Shown one piece after another: positions 47,894-58,154 of a stretch of DNA of 64,000 nt; within the stretch, counting starts at the first letter, position 1; every line of letters starts with the position of its first letter. This DNA is from Candidatus Moanibacter sp. (lineage in GTDB: Bacteria > Verrucomicrobiota > Verrucomicrobiia > Opitutales > UBA2987), in assembly GCA_965215885.1 (NCBI GenBank), contig CBDCEW010000080.1:21820-85819 (forward strand), given 5' to 3'. The notes beneath the pieces are model-generated. The model searched no databases, was not told the DNA's origin, and was given only the letters and a program-made list of their open reading frames with translations. Position numbers and translations under genes: made by a program.

Positions 47894-49222
47894 ATGAACA
47901 AAGCGATACCGTATGCCCGCCAGTGGATCGACGAAGATGATATCGTGGCGGTGACGGAGGTATTGCGGTCGGACACTGTCACTCAGGGGAGCGCGTTGGG
48001 TCGATTCGAGGCCGGGCTGGCGAGGGCGACGGGGGCGGCCCATGCGGTAGCGGTGTCGAACGGGACGGCTGCGCTGCACCTGGCCTGTGCGGTATTGGGG
48101 CTTAAGAGGGGGGCGACGGGAGTGACATCGCCGATCACTTTTGCGGCGAGCGCGAACTGTATGCGTTATTGTGGAGCGGAAGTGGAGTTTGCCGATGTCG
48201 ATCCGGTGACGGGTCTGATGGATCCGGAGAGTCTCGATGGAGTCTTGTGGCGGTTGCGGGGGAGCGGGCAGCCGCCCGGGGTAGTCGTAGCGGTGTCGCT
48301 GGCGGGAAGGCCAATGCATCTTGTCGAGATTCGCGAAGTGACCGATCGCTTCGGATTCCGGTTGATCGAAGACGCGGCGCACAGCTTGGGCGCGTTCACT
48401 GGGAACGGGAAAGGGAGAATTGCAAGTGGGTCGTGCCGGCAGAGTGATGCCGCTATCCTGAGTTTTCATCCCGTAAAGCAAATCTGCTGTGGGGAGGGTG
48501 GGGCACTCTTGACGAATAGCCGGGAGGATGCGGAACGCGCCCGCCGCTTGCGGAGCCATGGGATACAGTTGGAGGCCTCCCAATCGCTTCCTTTAGGCTC
48601 GGAGATGCCCTCCTGGATTCGGGAGCAGGTCGAATTGGGTTGGAATTATCGTATGCCCGATATCCAGGCCACTCTGGGGCTATCGCAGTTAAACCGGCTG
48701 GCCGGATTCCTGCGCCGACGCCGGGAGCTGGCAGAGAGGTATCGGAAAGTTCTTAGCCGGGAACCTTTCACGGGATTTATTCGGCTACCTCCGGTCGAGG
48801 AGGGTCATGCCTACCATCTGTTTGTTATTCATTTTCCGAGCGAAAAGGCGCGGAATGAGGCGCACGATTACCTGAAAGCGAAGGGCATAGCGACTCAGGT
48901 GCACTATTTACCGGTGTACCGGCATCCCTACTACAGGAATCGCATGGGAAGGCTGCGCATGCCCGGGGCGGAGACATATTTTCGCGGCTGTCTCAGTATT
49001 CCCCTATACCCAATGCTGACGGATGATGAACAGGATCGGGTGATCGAGGCGCTAAGTGAGTTCGTACAGAAGAGGGGATTTTTACAGGAGGAAACCCCTT
49101 CGATGGGGCTCCCGCCTTCGCATAAAACTTCGGCGAGGCACGGCAGGGTAGGAGAGAGAATTGAGGGGAAGAGTTGCAGAGTGTGCAGTGAACCCATCCA
49201 AGCCGGGACTTCGTCCCGCTGA
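47894..49222 (+). CDS. pseC: UDP-4-amino-4,6-dideoxy-N-acetyl-beta-L-altrosamine transaminase
   Basis: IPYARQWIDEDDI, VSNGTAALH, IEDAAHSLG, SFHPVKQI, GWNYRM; pse context. Confidence 0.88.
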   Translation: MNKAIPYARQWIDEDDIVAVTEVLRSDTVTQGSALGRFEAGLARATGAAHAVAVSNGTAALHLACAVLGLKRGATGVTSPITFAASANCMRYCGAEVEFADVDPVTGLMDPESLDGVLWRLRGSGQPPGVVVAVSLAGRPMHLVEIREVTDRFGFRLIEDAAHSLGAFTGNGKGRIASGSCRQSDAAILSFHPVKQICCGEGGALLTNSREDAERARRLRSHGIQLEASQSLPLGSEMPSWIREQVELGWNYRMPDIQATLGLSQLNRLAGFLRRRRELAERYRKVLSREPFTGFIRLPPVEEGHAYHLFVIHFPSEKARNEAHDYLKAKGIATQVHYLPVYRHPYYRNRMGRLRMPGAETYFRGCLSIPLYPMLTDDEQDRVIEALSEFVQKRGFLQEETPSMGLPPSHKTSARHGRVGERIEGKSCRVCSEPIQAGTSSR

Positions 49223-49225
49223 GCG

Positions 49226-50831
49226 CATACGCGTAAACCTTATTTTCGCAACTTAGTCAGATTCAAAGACTTGCGAGGTATTTTGCGGCGGAGTATGAGG
49301 GTGTCTCTATCCTCGAGGTTCCACTCCATTTGTTCGCCCTTTTCTATTTGCTTCGTTTCGACCACAGCGGTGAGGAAATTCGCAGTTGAGCGAGTGCATT
49401 TTGGCCGGGTTATCTTCTCTACTTTTACCGGCTACCCCATTTTTTTTCACTTTGGCAGCATTTTATACTGTACATTCGTTCACATATAGGATTTATCCTT
49501 CGGATGCAAAGTATAAAAAAAGCTGATTGTATCCGTCAAACCTTCCGTAAGTTGAACCTCACAGCCCTCGCTAAACAGAGTGGTTTTAGAGAGAGGAAAT
49601 CGCGCAAGATCTCCCCTCTGAACTTTGTTTTGGCTTTGCTGGCGATGGCTTCTAAGGGGGCCTTGTCCCTTGGCAAAGAAGCCGAGCTTATTGGATTCTT
49701 AGCCAACCGCACCATTTCCAGACAAGCGGTCCAAAAGTGCGCCAAAAAAGCCACCGCTTTTATGACCTTAGTGCTCCTGAGGCTTTTAGAACTTAAAGCT
49801 TATGGGCCTGTGGGCAGAGCTGTTCCAAATTGCATGAGGAGCTTTGAACGGGTTCTCATTGCCGACAGCACTTCGATTGGCTTGCCTAAGGTCCTGGCCC
49901 CCTTCTTCCCCGGAGCGTCCAATCAGACAGGCTCCAAACAGGCTCAACTGAAGATTCAGGCCTATTACGATCTGCGCAATGAATCCTTCGTTGACTTCAG
50001 CCTCAGTAGCTTCCGAAAAAACGATCAGGCTGCTTCCAAAGACATTCTCGCTCTCGCTCAACCCAACGACTTGATCCTGCGCGACTTAGGCTATTTTGTC
50101 CTCGATGTCTTTAAGCAACTCGATCAGCGCGGCTGCTTCTTTGTGAGTCGTTTGAAAACCGGCACTTGCCTTTTAGCCAACGAAGGCGATGAAGAGCTCG
50201 ATCTACGCAAACTTTTACGTGGCCAAAAGCTTCTCGATATGCCCGTTCGGGTGGGTAAAAAAGCCAAGCTTCCGGTTCGTCTGATCGCCGTCAAACTCCC
50301 TCAGAAGGTGGCCCATAAACGCCGCCGCGAGCATAGACAAAACCGCGACAATAGACTTCGATATACCAGCCGCACCAGCTTCCTTCTCGGTTTCCAAATC
50401 TTTATTACAAACCTCCATCAGAAAGACTTTAGCCCTAAGCAGATTCTGAGCTTTTACGGGCTTCGCTGGCGCATCGAAATTTTCTTTAAGGCCTTTAAGC
50501 AACATCTTAATCTCGGTCAGGCCAAAGAGACTACTCCCTACCAGGTTGAGCTTCTTATCTACGCCCGTCTCATCCTCATTACCCACTTACTCAACTTCGT
50601 CTATGGTCCCCTTAGACACTATTCGAATACCAGTTTGTCCTCTCCTCTGAGTATCCTTAAATTCTCCTACTGGTTTGGCTTCTTTGCTCCCTACTTCTTC
50701 ATCCTCTCTCACATTCCCAAAGATCAGATCATCCCCCGATGGCTCAAACAAATCCCCAAACACTGCACCTATGAAAAGCGTTCTCGACTTGATTTCCTCT
50801 CTTGTTTCTTCTCCTTAGGTTAACGCAAATG
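49226..50831 (+). mobile_element. IS4-family element copy 2, intact (1606 bp)
   Basis: TIRs CATACGCGTAAACCT / CATTTGCGTTAACCT (rc); flanks CGCTGAGCG / CGCTTAGCG. Confidence 0.92.
49504..50823 (+). CDS. IS4-family transposase
   Basis: DST, DLGY, Y..RW.IE..FK (YREK) motifs. Confidence 0.92.
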   Translation: MQSIKKADCIRQTFRKLNLTALAKQSGFRERKSRKISPLNFVLALLAMASKGALSLGKEAELIGFLANRTISRQAVQKCAKKATAFMTLVLLRLLELKAYGPVGRAVPNCMRSFERVLIADSTSIGLPKVLAPFFPGASNQTGSKQAQLKIQAYYDLRNESFVDFSLSSFRKNDQAASKDILALAQPNDLILRDLGYFVLDVFKQLDQRGCFFVSRLKTGTCLLANEGDEELDLRKLLRGQKLLDMPVRVGKKAKLPVRLIAVKLPQKVAHKRRREHRQNRDNRLRYTSRTSFLLGFQIFITNLHQKDFSPKQILSFYGLRWRIEIFFKAFKQHLNLGQAKETTPYQVELLIYARLILITHLLNFVYGPLRHYSNTSLSSPLSILKFSYWFGFFAPYFFILSHIPKDQIIPRWLKQIPKHCTYEKRSRLDFLSCFFSLG

Positions 50832-51358
50832 CGCTTAGCGGGATCAGCAATGAATAGTGAGTGACAGAGTTTCAGAGTGGAAGATCAAAATGAAAAGCTT
50901 CCGTCCCGCCGAGCGGGACTAAGATCCGGATCGAAGGGTGTAGCGGAAAGCGGAAGTTTTTCTCGGAAGATGCTGGTGCTCAAAGTATTGCGATCTAAGC
51001 TTTAATTGTGGAAGAACCTTATTTTCGCCTCCCAAACTTCATCGTAAGCCTCGTCGTAAGCTTCATCGAGAGAGCGACCGAATTCCACGACAAAGCTCAC
51101 GACAAGGCTCGCGACAAAGATACCCTGACGGGAGAGAAGCTTCCTCTATCCTTCATCGTAAACCTCCTCGAGAGAACAACCTGAAATGGCGACCAAGTTG
51201 ACGACGAAGCTTACGACAAAGGTTCGGTTGCGTCTCGGCGTCTCCCCCTCTCCCCGTCACCGTTTCTCCCTCTCTCTCTTTTGGTTGCGGCTACGCTGCG
51301 CCAGGTTTAATGGCGTCCATTCGCGGTTCAAGACTTTCTGTAGAGAACTGAGCGTGAT

Positions 51359-52558
51359 ATGAAATCGAGAGGCTCGATCGTCTTCTGGTGTGATCTGGGT
51401 GCGATGGAGGGGTGGGGGCATGTGGCGCGTTGCAGCGCGCTGGCGGAGGCGGCACGGGAGCATGACTTCGAATCGATTCTGCTTACGCCGGGCACCATTG
51501 CAGACTTGCCGGTCGACCTGTTGGACCCCTTTCAGCATATTGTCGAAGGGTGGGTGGATCCGGGCTCCGAGGAGGGATGGCTGGAAGCGGTGGATGAAAT
51601 GCAGCCGATTAGTGCTGTGGTCATCGACAGCTACCTTTTCGGAGAAGGGGATCTTGCGGCTCTGAGAACCGCCTTCAATGCTGGATACGGGAAAGTGGTT
51701 CTTCTTGATGATTATAGAGGAGAACCACAAGGTGAGGTCGATTTGATGGTGAATCCGGGATTGGGTGCCTACTCGACAGACTACGGCGTGGGGAATCGGG
51801 TCCTGGCCGGTCCCGAATACGCATTAATCAGGAAATGCTTTCGTTCGCGGAGCTGGGCCGCACCGGCGGAATCAGAATCTGTCGCCAGTGTTATAATTTT
51901 GCTCGGTGGATCGGATTGTCGGAATCTCACTTTGAAGATCCTCACTTACCTCTTCGAGATCACGGGCGGCGGAGTGGAACCGGTTCTGATAGGAGGGAAA
52001 AGGGGAGATGATCGTATCTATATTGAGGAAGCCATGGGTCGTTTTCATCGAGGGTTATGGTTGGAAAGTGTAGATGGTTTTGAACTGGCGGATTTGTTCG
52101 GGCGATGTCGGTGGGGTATAACGACATGCAGTGTGACAGCTTATGAGATGGCAACCTGTCGACTACCGTTTCTGGGTCTGGTCGTTGCAAAGAATCAGGA
52201 AGCGATGGGGGAGGCTATTGCGAAGCAGTGGGGGATGCCTGTTTTGAAGAGTGAGGAGCTGACGATCGACCGTTTCCGGAGTTCGTGGAGTCGAATGAAT
52301 GAAAAGTTTTCCTCAAGATCGGCTGAGGAGCGGTTTGACTATGGAGGGATCGATGGAAAGGGGGCCGGGCGGGTGATTTCGGAAATTCTGGATATAGTGC
52401 GGGGTTCGGAATTGAATCCCGGCGAGCCGGGAGAAACGGAGATGAAGAGGACAGAATTCTCATCCCGGCAAGCCGGGACAAAGACGCAAAGGGGAGAGTG
52501 GCTTCTTAAGGAAACAAACCCTGTCGAGTTAGCGGCACAGAGCAACCAAAACAGATAG
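51359..52558 (+). CDS. pseG: PseG/SpsG family UDP-sugar hydrolase
   Basis: GWGHVARC.ALA, VIDSY, GPEYALIR..F, LGGSD, NQ, IDGKGAGRV. Confidence 0.8.
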   Translation: MKSRGSIVFWCDLGAMEGWGHVARCSALAEAAREHDFESILLTPGTIADLPVDLLDPFQHIVEGWVDPGSEEGWLEAVDEMQPISAVVIDSYLFGEGDLAALRTAFNAGYGKVVLLDDYRGEPQGEVDLMVNPGLGAYSTDYGVGNRVLAGPEYALIRKCFRSRSWAAPAESESVASVIILLGGSDCRNLTLKILTYLFEITGGGVEPVLIGGKRGDDRIYIEEAMGRFHRGLWLESVDGFELADLFGRCRWGITTCSVTAYEMATCRLPFLGLVVAKNQEAMGEAIAKQWGMPVLKSEELTIDRFRSSWSRMNEKFSSRSAEERFDYGGIDGKGAGRVISEILDIVRGSELNPGEPGETEMKRTEFSSRQAGTKTQRGEWLLKETNPVELAAQSNQNR

Positions 52559-52660
52559 AGGGAGCCTCTCTCACCGTCAGGCAGTCGCGTTCGTCGTGAG
52601 CTTTGTCGCGGAATTACTACGGCGAATATGTCTGGATCGTAGGGAATGTAGGACAGATAC

Positions 52661-53716
52661 CTAGAACACCACATGCTCTTTGCGGAGGGGGGTTCCGAGG
52701 GGCAAATCGCAGGCGGACTTTCTGCCCAGGACGCTGTCCCATAGGATTGGCGCCATGCCGTCGGCCGGTCTCACTATTCTCAAATTAGCGGCGTCGAACT
52801 CTTCTCCCTTCAAGATTGAATCGGCGACGAAAATGGAGCGGCGAAATCGCAGTTCGGATTTTTCCTGGGAGACCGGTTCGAGCTTCTTCTGGCCAAGTGC
52901 GTCGTGAAGCGTCTCAATAGATTTCGACATCTCACGAAATTCTTCCGGTTCGAGTGAGAACACACTGTCCACAGCGCCACTTTCTCGACTCAAAGTCAGA
53001 TGCTTTTCAATGACCGAAGCACCTAGAGCGACCGCGCCGAGGGCAATCTCGTTACCGAGATAATGATCGGAGAGACCTACCTGAGTGTCGAAAATGCTCT
53101 GGAGGGTTGAGAGCGATCTCAAGTTAAAGTCCTTGGGATCGGCCGGGTAGTTGCTGATACATTTCAGCAGAACGATATCCCCGCAGCCCGCGGATTGCAG
53201 TGTCAGACAAGCCGTCCGTATCTCCCTTGCCGTGGCCATACCCGTGCTGAGAAAGACGGGTTTGCCGGTCTCACCTACTCGGCGGAGAAGCGGTATATGG
53301 TTTAGCTCAAATGAGGAGACTTTGTAGATGGGGGGAGCCACTTCCTTCTCCAGAAAATCCACCGCACTTTCGTCGAAGGGGGTGCTGAACAGAATAAGCC
53401 CCAGTTTATGGGCAAAGTCGGCAAGCTCTCCGTGCCATTCCCAGGGAGTCATCGCCTTTCCGTAGAGTTGGTGAAGGAATTGGCCCGCCCACAATCCACT
53501 CTGGATCTGGAAAGGGACCGTCCTGCTTTTCAGAGTTATTGTATCCGGTGTATAGGTCTGAAGTTTCACGGCGTCGGCACCGGCCCAGGCAGCCTTTTCG
53601 ATCAGCTGCTTAGCCAGATCGAGCTGCTGCTGATGATTCCCCGAAAGCTCCGCCACCAGGAATGGCGGGTAATTCGAGCCAATTGTGCGACCTGAAATCG
53701 TGATACCCTTAGGCAT
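52661..53716 (-). CDS. pseI: Pseudaminic acid synthase
   Basis: AELSGNH, KLQTYTPDTIT, FSTPFD, GLSDH, IEKH, FSLEP, RRSIF. Confidence 0.92.
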   Translation of the reverse strand: MPKGITISGRTIGSNYPPFLVAELSGNHQQQLDLAKQLIEKAAWAGADAVKLQTYTPDTITLKSRTVPFQIQSGLWAGQFLHQLYGKAMTPWEWHGELADFAHKLGLILFSTPFDESAVDFLEKEVAPPIYKVSSFELNHIPLLRRVGETGKPVFLSTGMATAREIRTACLTLQSAGCGDIVLLKCISNYPADPKDFNLRSLSTLQSIFDTQVGLSDHYLGNEIALGAVALGASVIEKHLTLSRESGAVDSVFSLEPEEFREMSKSIETLHDALGQKKLEPVSQEKSELRFRRSIFVADSILKGEEFDAANLRIVRPADGMAPILWDSVLGRKSACDLPLGTPLRKEHVVF

Positions 53717-53724
53717 AATTATAG

Positions 53725-54780
53725 TTAAAAAGCCACGACTTGTCGGCCGTTTCTGATGGTCTGGGGGGAATGGCTGAGATCGACATCAATTCCCAGTTCA
53801 TGAGCGATATTCTGGCAGATGTCTCTGATTTCTGTAATGGAATAGCGGATCGGGTTAGTGTTGCTGGCATAGGAAAAACCTTGAGGACAGGAATTGCCGG
53901 ATGTGTTCCTTTTGCGGTCCCGCCAAAAAGGGAGAACCGGCTGGATGACATAGTAATCTGGATACTCCAGGGAAAGGTGCGCTTCATCGACCGGAATGAG
54001 GGTTTCATGCATCTTCTCTCCCGGGCGTGTCCCGATTATCTTCTGGTAGCATTCCGGCGCTATCGCCTTGACGAGGGCGGCAACTGTGCAGCTCGGAATT
54101 TTGGGAACGAAGAGTTCTCCACCGGCCATGAGCTCCAGAGAACTCAGGACGAAATCGACTCCCTGTTTGAGAGGGAGGAAGAATCTTGTCATGCGGGGAT
54201 CGGTCACCGTGATGACGCCCTCGGATTTCTGGCGCAAAAAACTCGGAACCACGCTGCCTCGGCTGCCTATTACGTTTCCGTAGCGCACAATTGAAAATCG
54301 AGTAGGGCTTCTCCCACTGTAGCTGTTGGCGGCGATGAATATCTTGTCGGAGCAGAGTTTCGTGGCGCCGTAAAGGTTGATCGGGTTTACCGCTTTGTCG
54401 GTGCTGAGGGCAATTACTTTGGCGACTCCGGTAGTGAGGGCGGCGTCGACGATGTTGGTCGCTCCATTGATATTCGTCTTAATGAATTCATGGGGATTAT
54501 ATTCAGCGGCCGGCACTTGCTTGAGGGCAGCGGCGTGCACGACAAAGTCCACACCGGACATGGCTCGAATGAGGCGTTCTTTGTCGCGGACATCACCTAA
54601 AAAGAAACGGGTACTGGGGTGTTGGAAACACGGATCGGATGACATCTCAGACTGTTTGAGCTCGTCTCGGGAGTAGATTATGAGTCTTTCCGGCCTGAAC
54701 AGGCGGAGAACCTCCCGGCAACACATGCGGCCAAACGAGCCGGTGGCTCCAGTGATGAGAATTGATTTTCCGTTGAGCAT
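53725..54780 (-). CDS. pseB: UDP-N-acetylglucosamine 4,6-dehydratase (inverting)
   Basis: ITGATGSFG, SRDELKQ, HAAALKQVPAAEYNP, NLYGATKL, RYGNVIGSRGSVVP. Confidence 0.95.
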   Translation of the reverse strand: MLNGKSILITGATGSFGRMCCREVLRLFRPERLIIYSRDELKQSEMSSDPCFQHPSTRFFLGDVRDKERLIRAMSGVDFVVHAAALKQVPAAEYNPHEFIKTNINGATNIVDAALTTGVAKVIALSTDKAVNPINLYGATKLCSDKIFIAANSYSGRSPTRFSIVRYGNVIGSRGSVVPSFLRQKSEGVITVTDPRMTRFFLPLKQGVDFVLSSLELMAGGELFVPKIPSCTVAALVKAIAPECYQKIIGTRPGEKMHETLIPVDEAHLSLEYPDYYVIQPVLPFWRDRKRNTSGNSCPQGFSYASNTNPIRYSITEIRDICQNIAHELGIDVDLSHSPQTIRNGRQVVAF

Positions 54781-54877
54781 CGGGAAGTCCCCGCGAAGAT
54801 TCCTCCCCCTGGGGATGGCAAATCGCTGCTATAAAGCAGAGTAACGGCTGTCGGTGAGGAAAATTAACCCGGATCGC

Positions 54878-55492
54878 TCAGGAGTCTGGCCCGCGACGGT
54901 ACGAGTCGTTGTTTCCTTGAAAGAATCGGTCGAGACATGAGGGCCAGTTTTTGACGTGGGCGGCATTGAGGGAATGATTGACGCTCGCTTCGCGATCTGC
55001 CGGTTTCGCGTCGGATTCTTCGGCCTCAGCGGTCGCCTCACGATTCTCTCTCTGGAGTTCCCTGAATGCCTCATTTTCCATCTTTGAAGCCGCCGTAGCC
55101 ACTTTAAAATCCTGTGTCGATGGCGCCGCGGGAGCCAGTGCAGCGGCACGAATCTGCTTCGCTTTGGCAATCGTTTCCCGCGCATTGGTTCCCTTGGAAG
55201 TGTCGATACTCACTTCTCCTCCTGTTGCATAGAGGCGGCCGTCCGGGCCGCGCTGCAGAGTGTAAGAGGGGCCGCTGGATGCGAGTCCTCCGGCGGCTGA
55301 GAGATGGGCCGCTTCGTGCGATCGAATTTCCCGGTCTCGCGACTGCAGGTCTCGAATCAGAGCAGATTCTTCGACAGGGCGATGATGAGAATCCCGCTTA
55401 TCGGTCTCCTTTTCAGTCTCCGCCGCTTCCTGAGCGGGAAACTGAAACCGCAGTGGTCCGAGAAATCCACTGCTCTGTAATTCACCTACCAC
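54878..55492 (-). CDS. SprA-related (CJM1_0395-like) protein
   Basis: RDREIRSHEAAH..A.G....GPSY...GPDGRLYATGGEVSID...AALAPAAPS.QD.KVA. Confidence 0.8.
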   Translation of the reverse strand: MVGELQSSGFLGPLRFQFPAQEAAETEKETDKRDSHHRPVEESALIRDLQSRDREIRSHEAAHLSAAGGLASSGPSYTLQRGPDGRLYATGGEVSIDTSKGTNARETIAKAKQIRAAALAPAAPSTQDFKVATAASKMENEAFRELQRENREATAEAEESDAKPADREASVNHSLNAAHVKNWPSCLDRFFQGNNDSYRRGPDS

Positions 55493-55923
55493 ACACTGAA
55501 AATCGGGCGGGAGGGAGGATTCTTTAGCAATTCAATTCTTTTCAGAGAGGAAGGACCTACCAGTTTGGTTGCCCGTTCGGCAGGCTCAGGGCCCTGAGCC
55601 CGCTCAGCGGGACGAAGGGCGGCTTCGCTTGCGCCAGGCAATCTCCGGGTCAGAGATCTTGGGTTCCTCGATAGGGTCGGGATCTGAGTGATGATGGACA
55701 ATCAGTGAGCCGGCACATTTGAACTTAAAAAACCATTAGGGTTTCCGATACATGTAAACCTACGCGGGCTTCTTCCGCAATAGAACTGCCTACCGACGAA
55801 ATAACTTTCAGCACTCTTTAAGATACGCAACCAAACCGACGAGTGTCGTTCCAGATGTTGTGAGGTCGGGCTGACTGTACTTTAGAACCTTCTCCCTCTT
55901 CCATCGCGACAAGCAATTACCTG

Positions 55924-57378
55924 ATGGCCTTCGATAAGATTCTTCTCGTGGATGATTCCTTGATCATTCGCAAGACACTTGAAACGCATCTCCGAAAAAA
56001 GCAGTTTTCAGTAGCTACGGCGAGTTCCCTGAGCGAGGCCGAGAGGCTTCTGGGTCGGTGCATATTCGATCTCGTGTTCATCGAAATCGAATTACCGGAT
56101 GGGGACGGCACTCAGCTGCTGGAACGGTTTACGGCTGAATTAGGGGGTCCCCTGGCGATTGTCATTACCGCCAATGGTTCAATCGAGTCTGCCGTCAGGT
56201 GTATGCAGCTGGGGGCGCTGGATTATGTGATCAAGCCGTGTTCGTTAGAGCAGATTGACGAGGTACTTGGAAAAGTGCGCAAAGTGGGATTGGAATCGCG
56301 GAATAGAGCGGGCTCGAATGGAAGAGGCAATCGAGACGGTGAGATAATCGGTCGCAGTATGGCGATTCGAAAGATTCGCAAAATGATCAAGAAGGTGGCG
56401 GCGACTGAAGCAACTGTCCTTATATCGGGTGAAAACGGTACCGGCAAGGAAGTCGTCGCGAGCGAACTCCACCGATTGAGTCCGTTGGCGAAGCAGGCTT
56501 ATGTGCGAGTAAATTGTGCCGCGATTTCAGAAACTCTCATAGAAAGTGAATTTTTCGGACACGAAAAAGGGTCCTTTACAGGAGCGCTTCAGCGAAGATT
56601 AGGACGTTTCGAACTGGCTCATAACGGTACTATCCTCCTTGATGAAATTGGAGAGATCTCTCCATGCATCCAAGTAAAACTTCTGCGCGTATTGCAGGAA
56701 CAAGAGTTCGAACGGGTAGGAGGTAATAGACCATTGCGTGTGAGTGTTCGGGTGCTCGCTACTACAAATCGTGATCTGAAAAAGGCGGTGGAGAGAGGTG
56801 AGTTTCGAGAAGATCTCTACTACCGGTTGAATGTTTTTCCAATAACGGTTCCGCCGCTTCGTGAACGAAAGGAGGACATCGTCCTTCTTGCGGATGATTT
56901 TTTGGGGCGCTACTCGAAAAAGCACGGAGTAAGAATCGATGGATTTTCCAGGAGAGCTACCGACTTGATGATGAACCATGACTGGCCCGGAAACGTTCGC
57001 GAGCTTCAGAACAGTATCGAACGCGGAGTAATTCTGACGGAGAATGGGAAGCTCATACAGGATCACGTCCTGGGGTTACACCACTCCGGGCGAAGCTCGT
57101 CTTCGTTGCTTTCCCCCGTCCCGTTACATCTCCAAGAAGAAGAATCGAGGGGTTCCCTCGGTGCATCGAGAGATGACTTCGTCATTGTTTCTAACAATAC
57201 GGAAGTTCCGGAAAATAGAATAAAGTCACTGGAGCAGTTGGAGAAAGAGCACATTTTCAGGGTTCTTAGCACCACGGAAGGTAATCGAACACGGGCGGCC
57301 TCCATCTTGAAGATCACCACCAGAACGCTGCGCAACAAGCTGAACCAATATCGCCTCCAAGGTGATTGCGTATTTTGA
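55924..57378 (+). CDS. Sigma54-dependent Fis-family response regulator (flagellar activator-like)
   Basis: REC domain, Walker A GENGTGKE, ESEFFGHEKGSFTGA, LLDEIGE, C-terminal HTH. Confidence 0.92.
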   Translation: MAFDKILLVDDSLIIRKTLETHLRKKQFSVATASSLSEAERLLGRCIFDLVFIEIELPDGDGTQLLERFTAELGGPLAIVITANGSIESAVRCMQLGALDYVIKPCSLEQIDEVLGKVRKVGLESRNRAGSNGRGNRDGEIIGRSMAIRKIRKMIKKVAATEATVLISGENGTGKEVVASELHRLSPLAKQAYVRVNCAAISETLIESEFFGHEKGSFTGALQRRLGRFELAHNGTILLDEIGEISPCIQVKLLRVLQEQEFERVGGNRPLRVSVRVLATTNRDLKKAVERGEFREDLYYRLNVFPITVPPLRERKEDIVLLADDFLGRYSKKHGVRIDGFSRRATDLMMNHDWPGNVRELQNSIERGVILTENGKLIQDHVLGLHHSGRSSSSLLSPVPLHLQEEESRGSLGASRDDFVIVSNNTEVPENRIKSLEQLEKEHIFRVLSTTEGNRTRAASILKITTRTLRNKLNQYRLQGDCVF

Positions 57379-57431
57379 TGTTTGCGCCAGCGGGTGGGCC
57401 ACGGTTTCGGTAGCAGGGCCTGAGGAATGTG

Positions 57432-57508
57432 GAAGATCGAAAAGCTGCCGCTTTCCGCTACGTTCGGGAAAGCAACATGTAGCGGAAAGCGGCAGCTTTT
57501 CGATCTTC
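57432..57508. repeat. Perfect 30-bp inverted repeat
   Basis: GAAGATCGAAAAGCTGCCGCTTTCCGCTAC and its reverse complement, separated by a 17-nt loop. Confidence 0.85.
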
Positions 57509-58031
57509 GCCCGAATGTTTATCTCGGGCATCCCAACCAGGAGGGCCGCTCAAGAGGGGATCTTTTTACTTCGGCGCTGGTTGATCAAGTTCCCCTCCTG
57601 GGAGGGGCAGGGGTGGGTTATCCCTAAGACACTTTTTCCCCTGAGGTCGCCTTAGCCATCCGCCTGAAGTTTTTTTGGGAAATTTTTACCCTTCCAGGTA
57701 GGAAGGTTGAGGGCTCGAAAAGGGGAGTGCGGGAAAAATCCTCCCTGGGAATCTGTCGGACTTAGCATTCCTAATATTTCCGTGGTGCATATTTCATGCT
57801 GACAGCTCGACATTCCGATCCAGATAGGACCGACAGATTCCTTTCTAGTCCCGGCAGGCCGGGACCAGCCCGCTTTTCTCTCTGATACTTGAGGCCTCAC
57901 GAACAACAGAACGATTCCGTGGACGCTATCAAACTGCATACCGGCGACGAAAAGCGGGCTGGCATATCAGCTTAAAGCAGAGGGGGGGACGGCGCCTTTC
58001 GAGAAGGAAAATTCGGGGAGGTCGAATTTTC

Positions 58032-58047
58032 TGGCACAAGGAGTGCT
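58032..58047 (+). promoter_or_regulatory. Sigma54 -24/-12 promoter upstream of fliA
   Basis: TGGCAC-AAGGA-GTGCT (GG-N10-GC). Confidence 0.55.
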
Positions 58048-58154
58048 GAAGGAACGCTATGCTGCAAAGTGGGCCGGAACAGGAACAAGAGGTATTGACA
58101 GTAGAGCCCGGGGAGTCGAAGGACCCGGTAGAGAGTAATAGAAAGGGGGAATAC

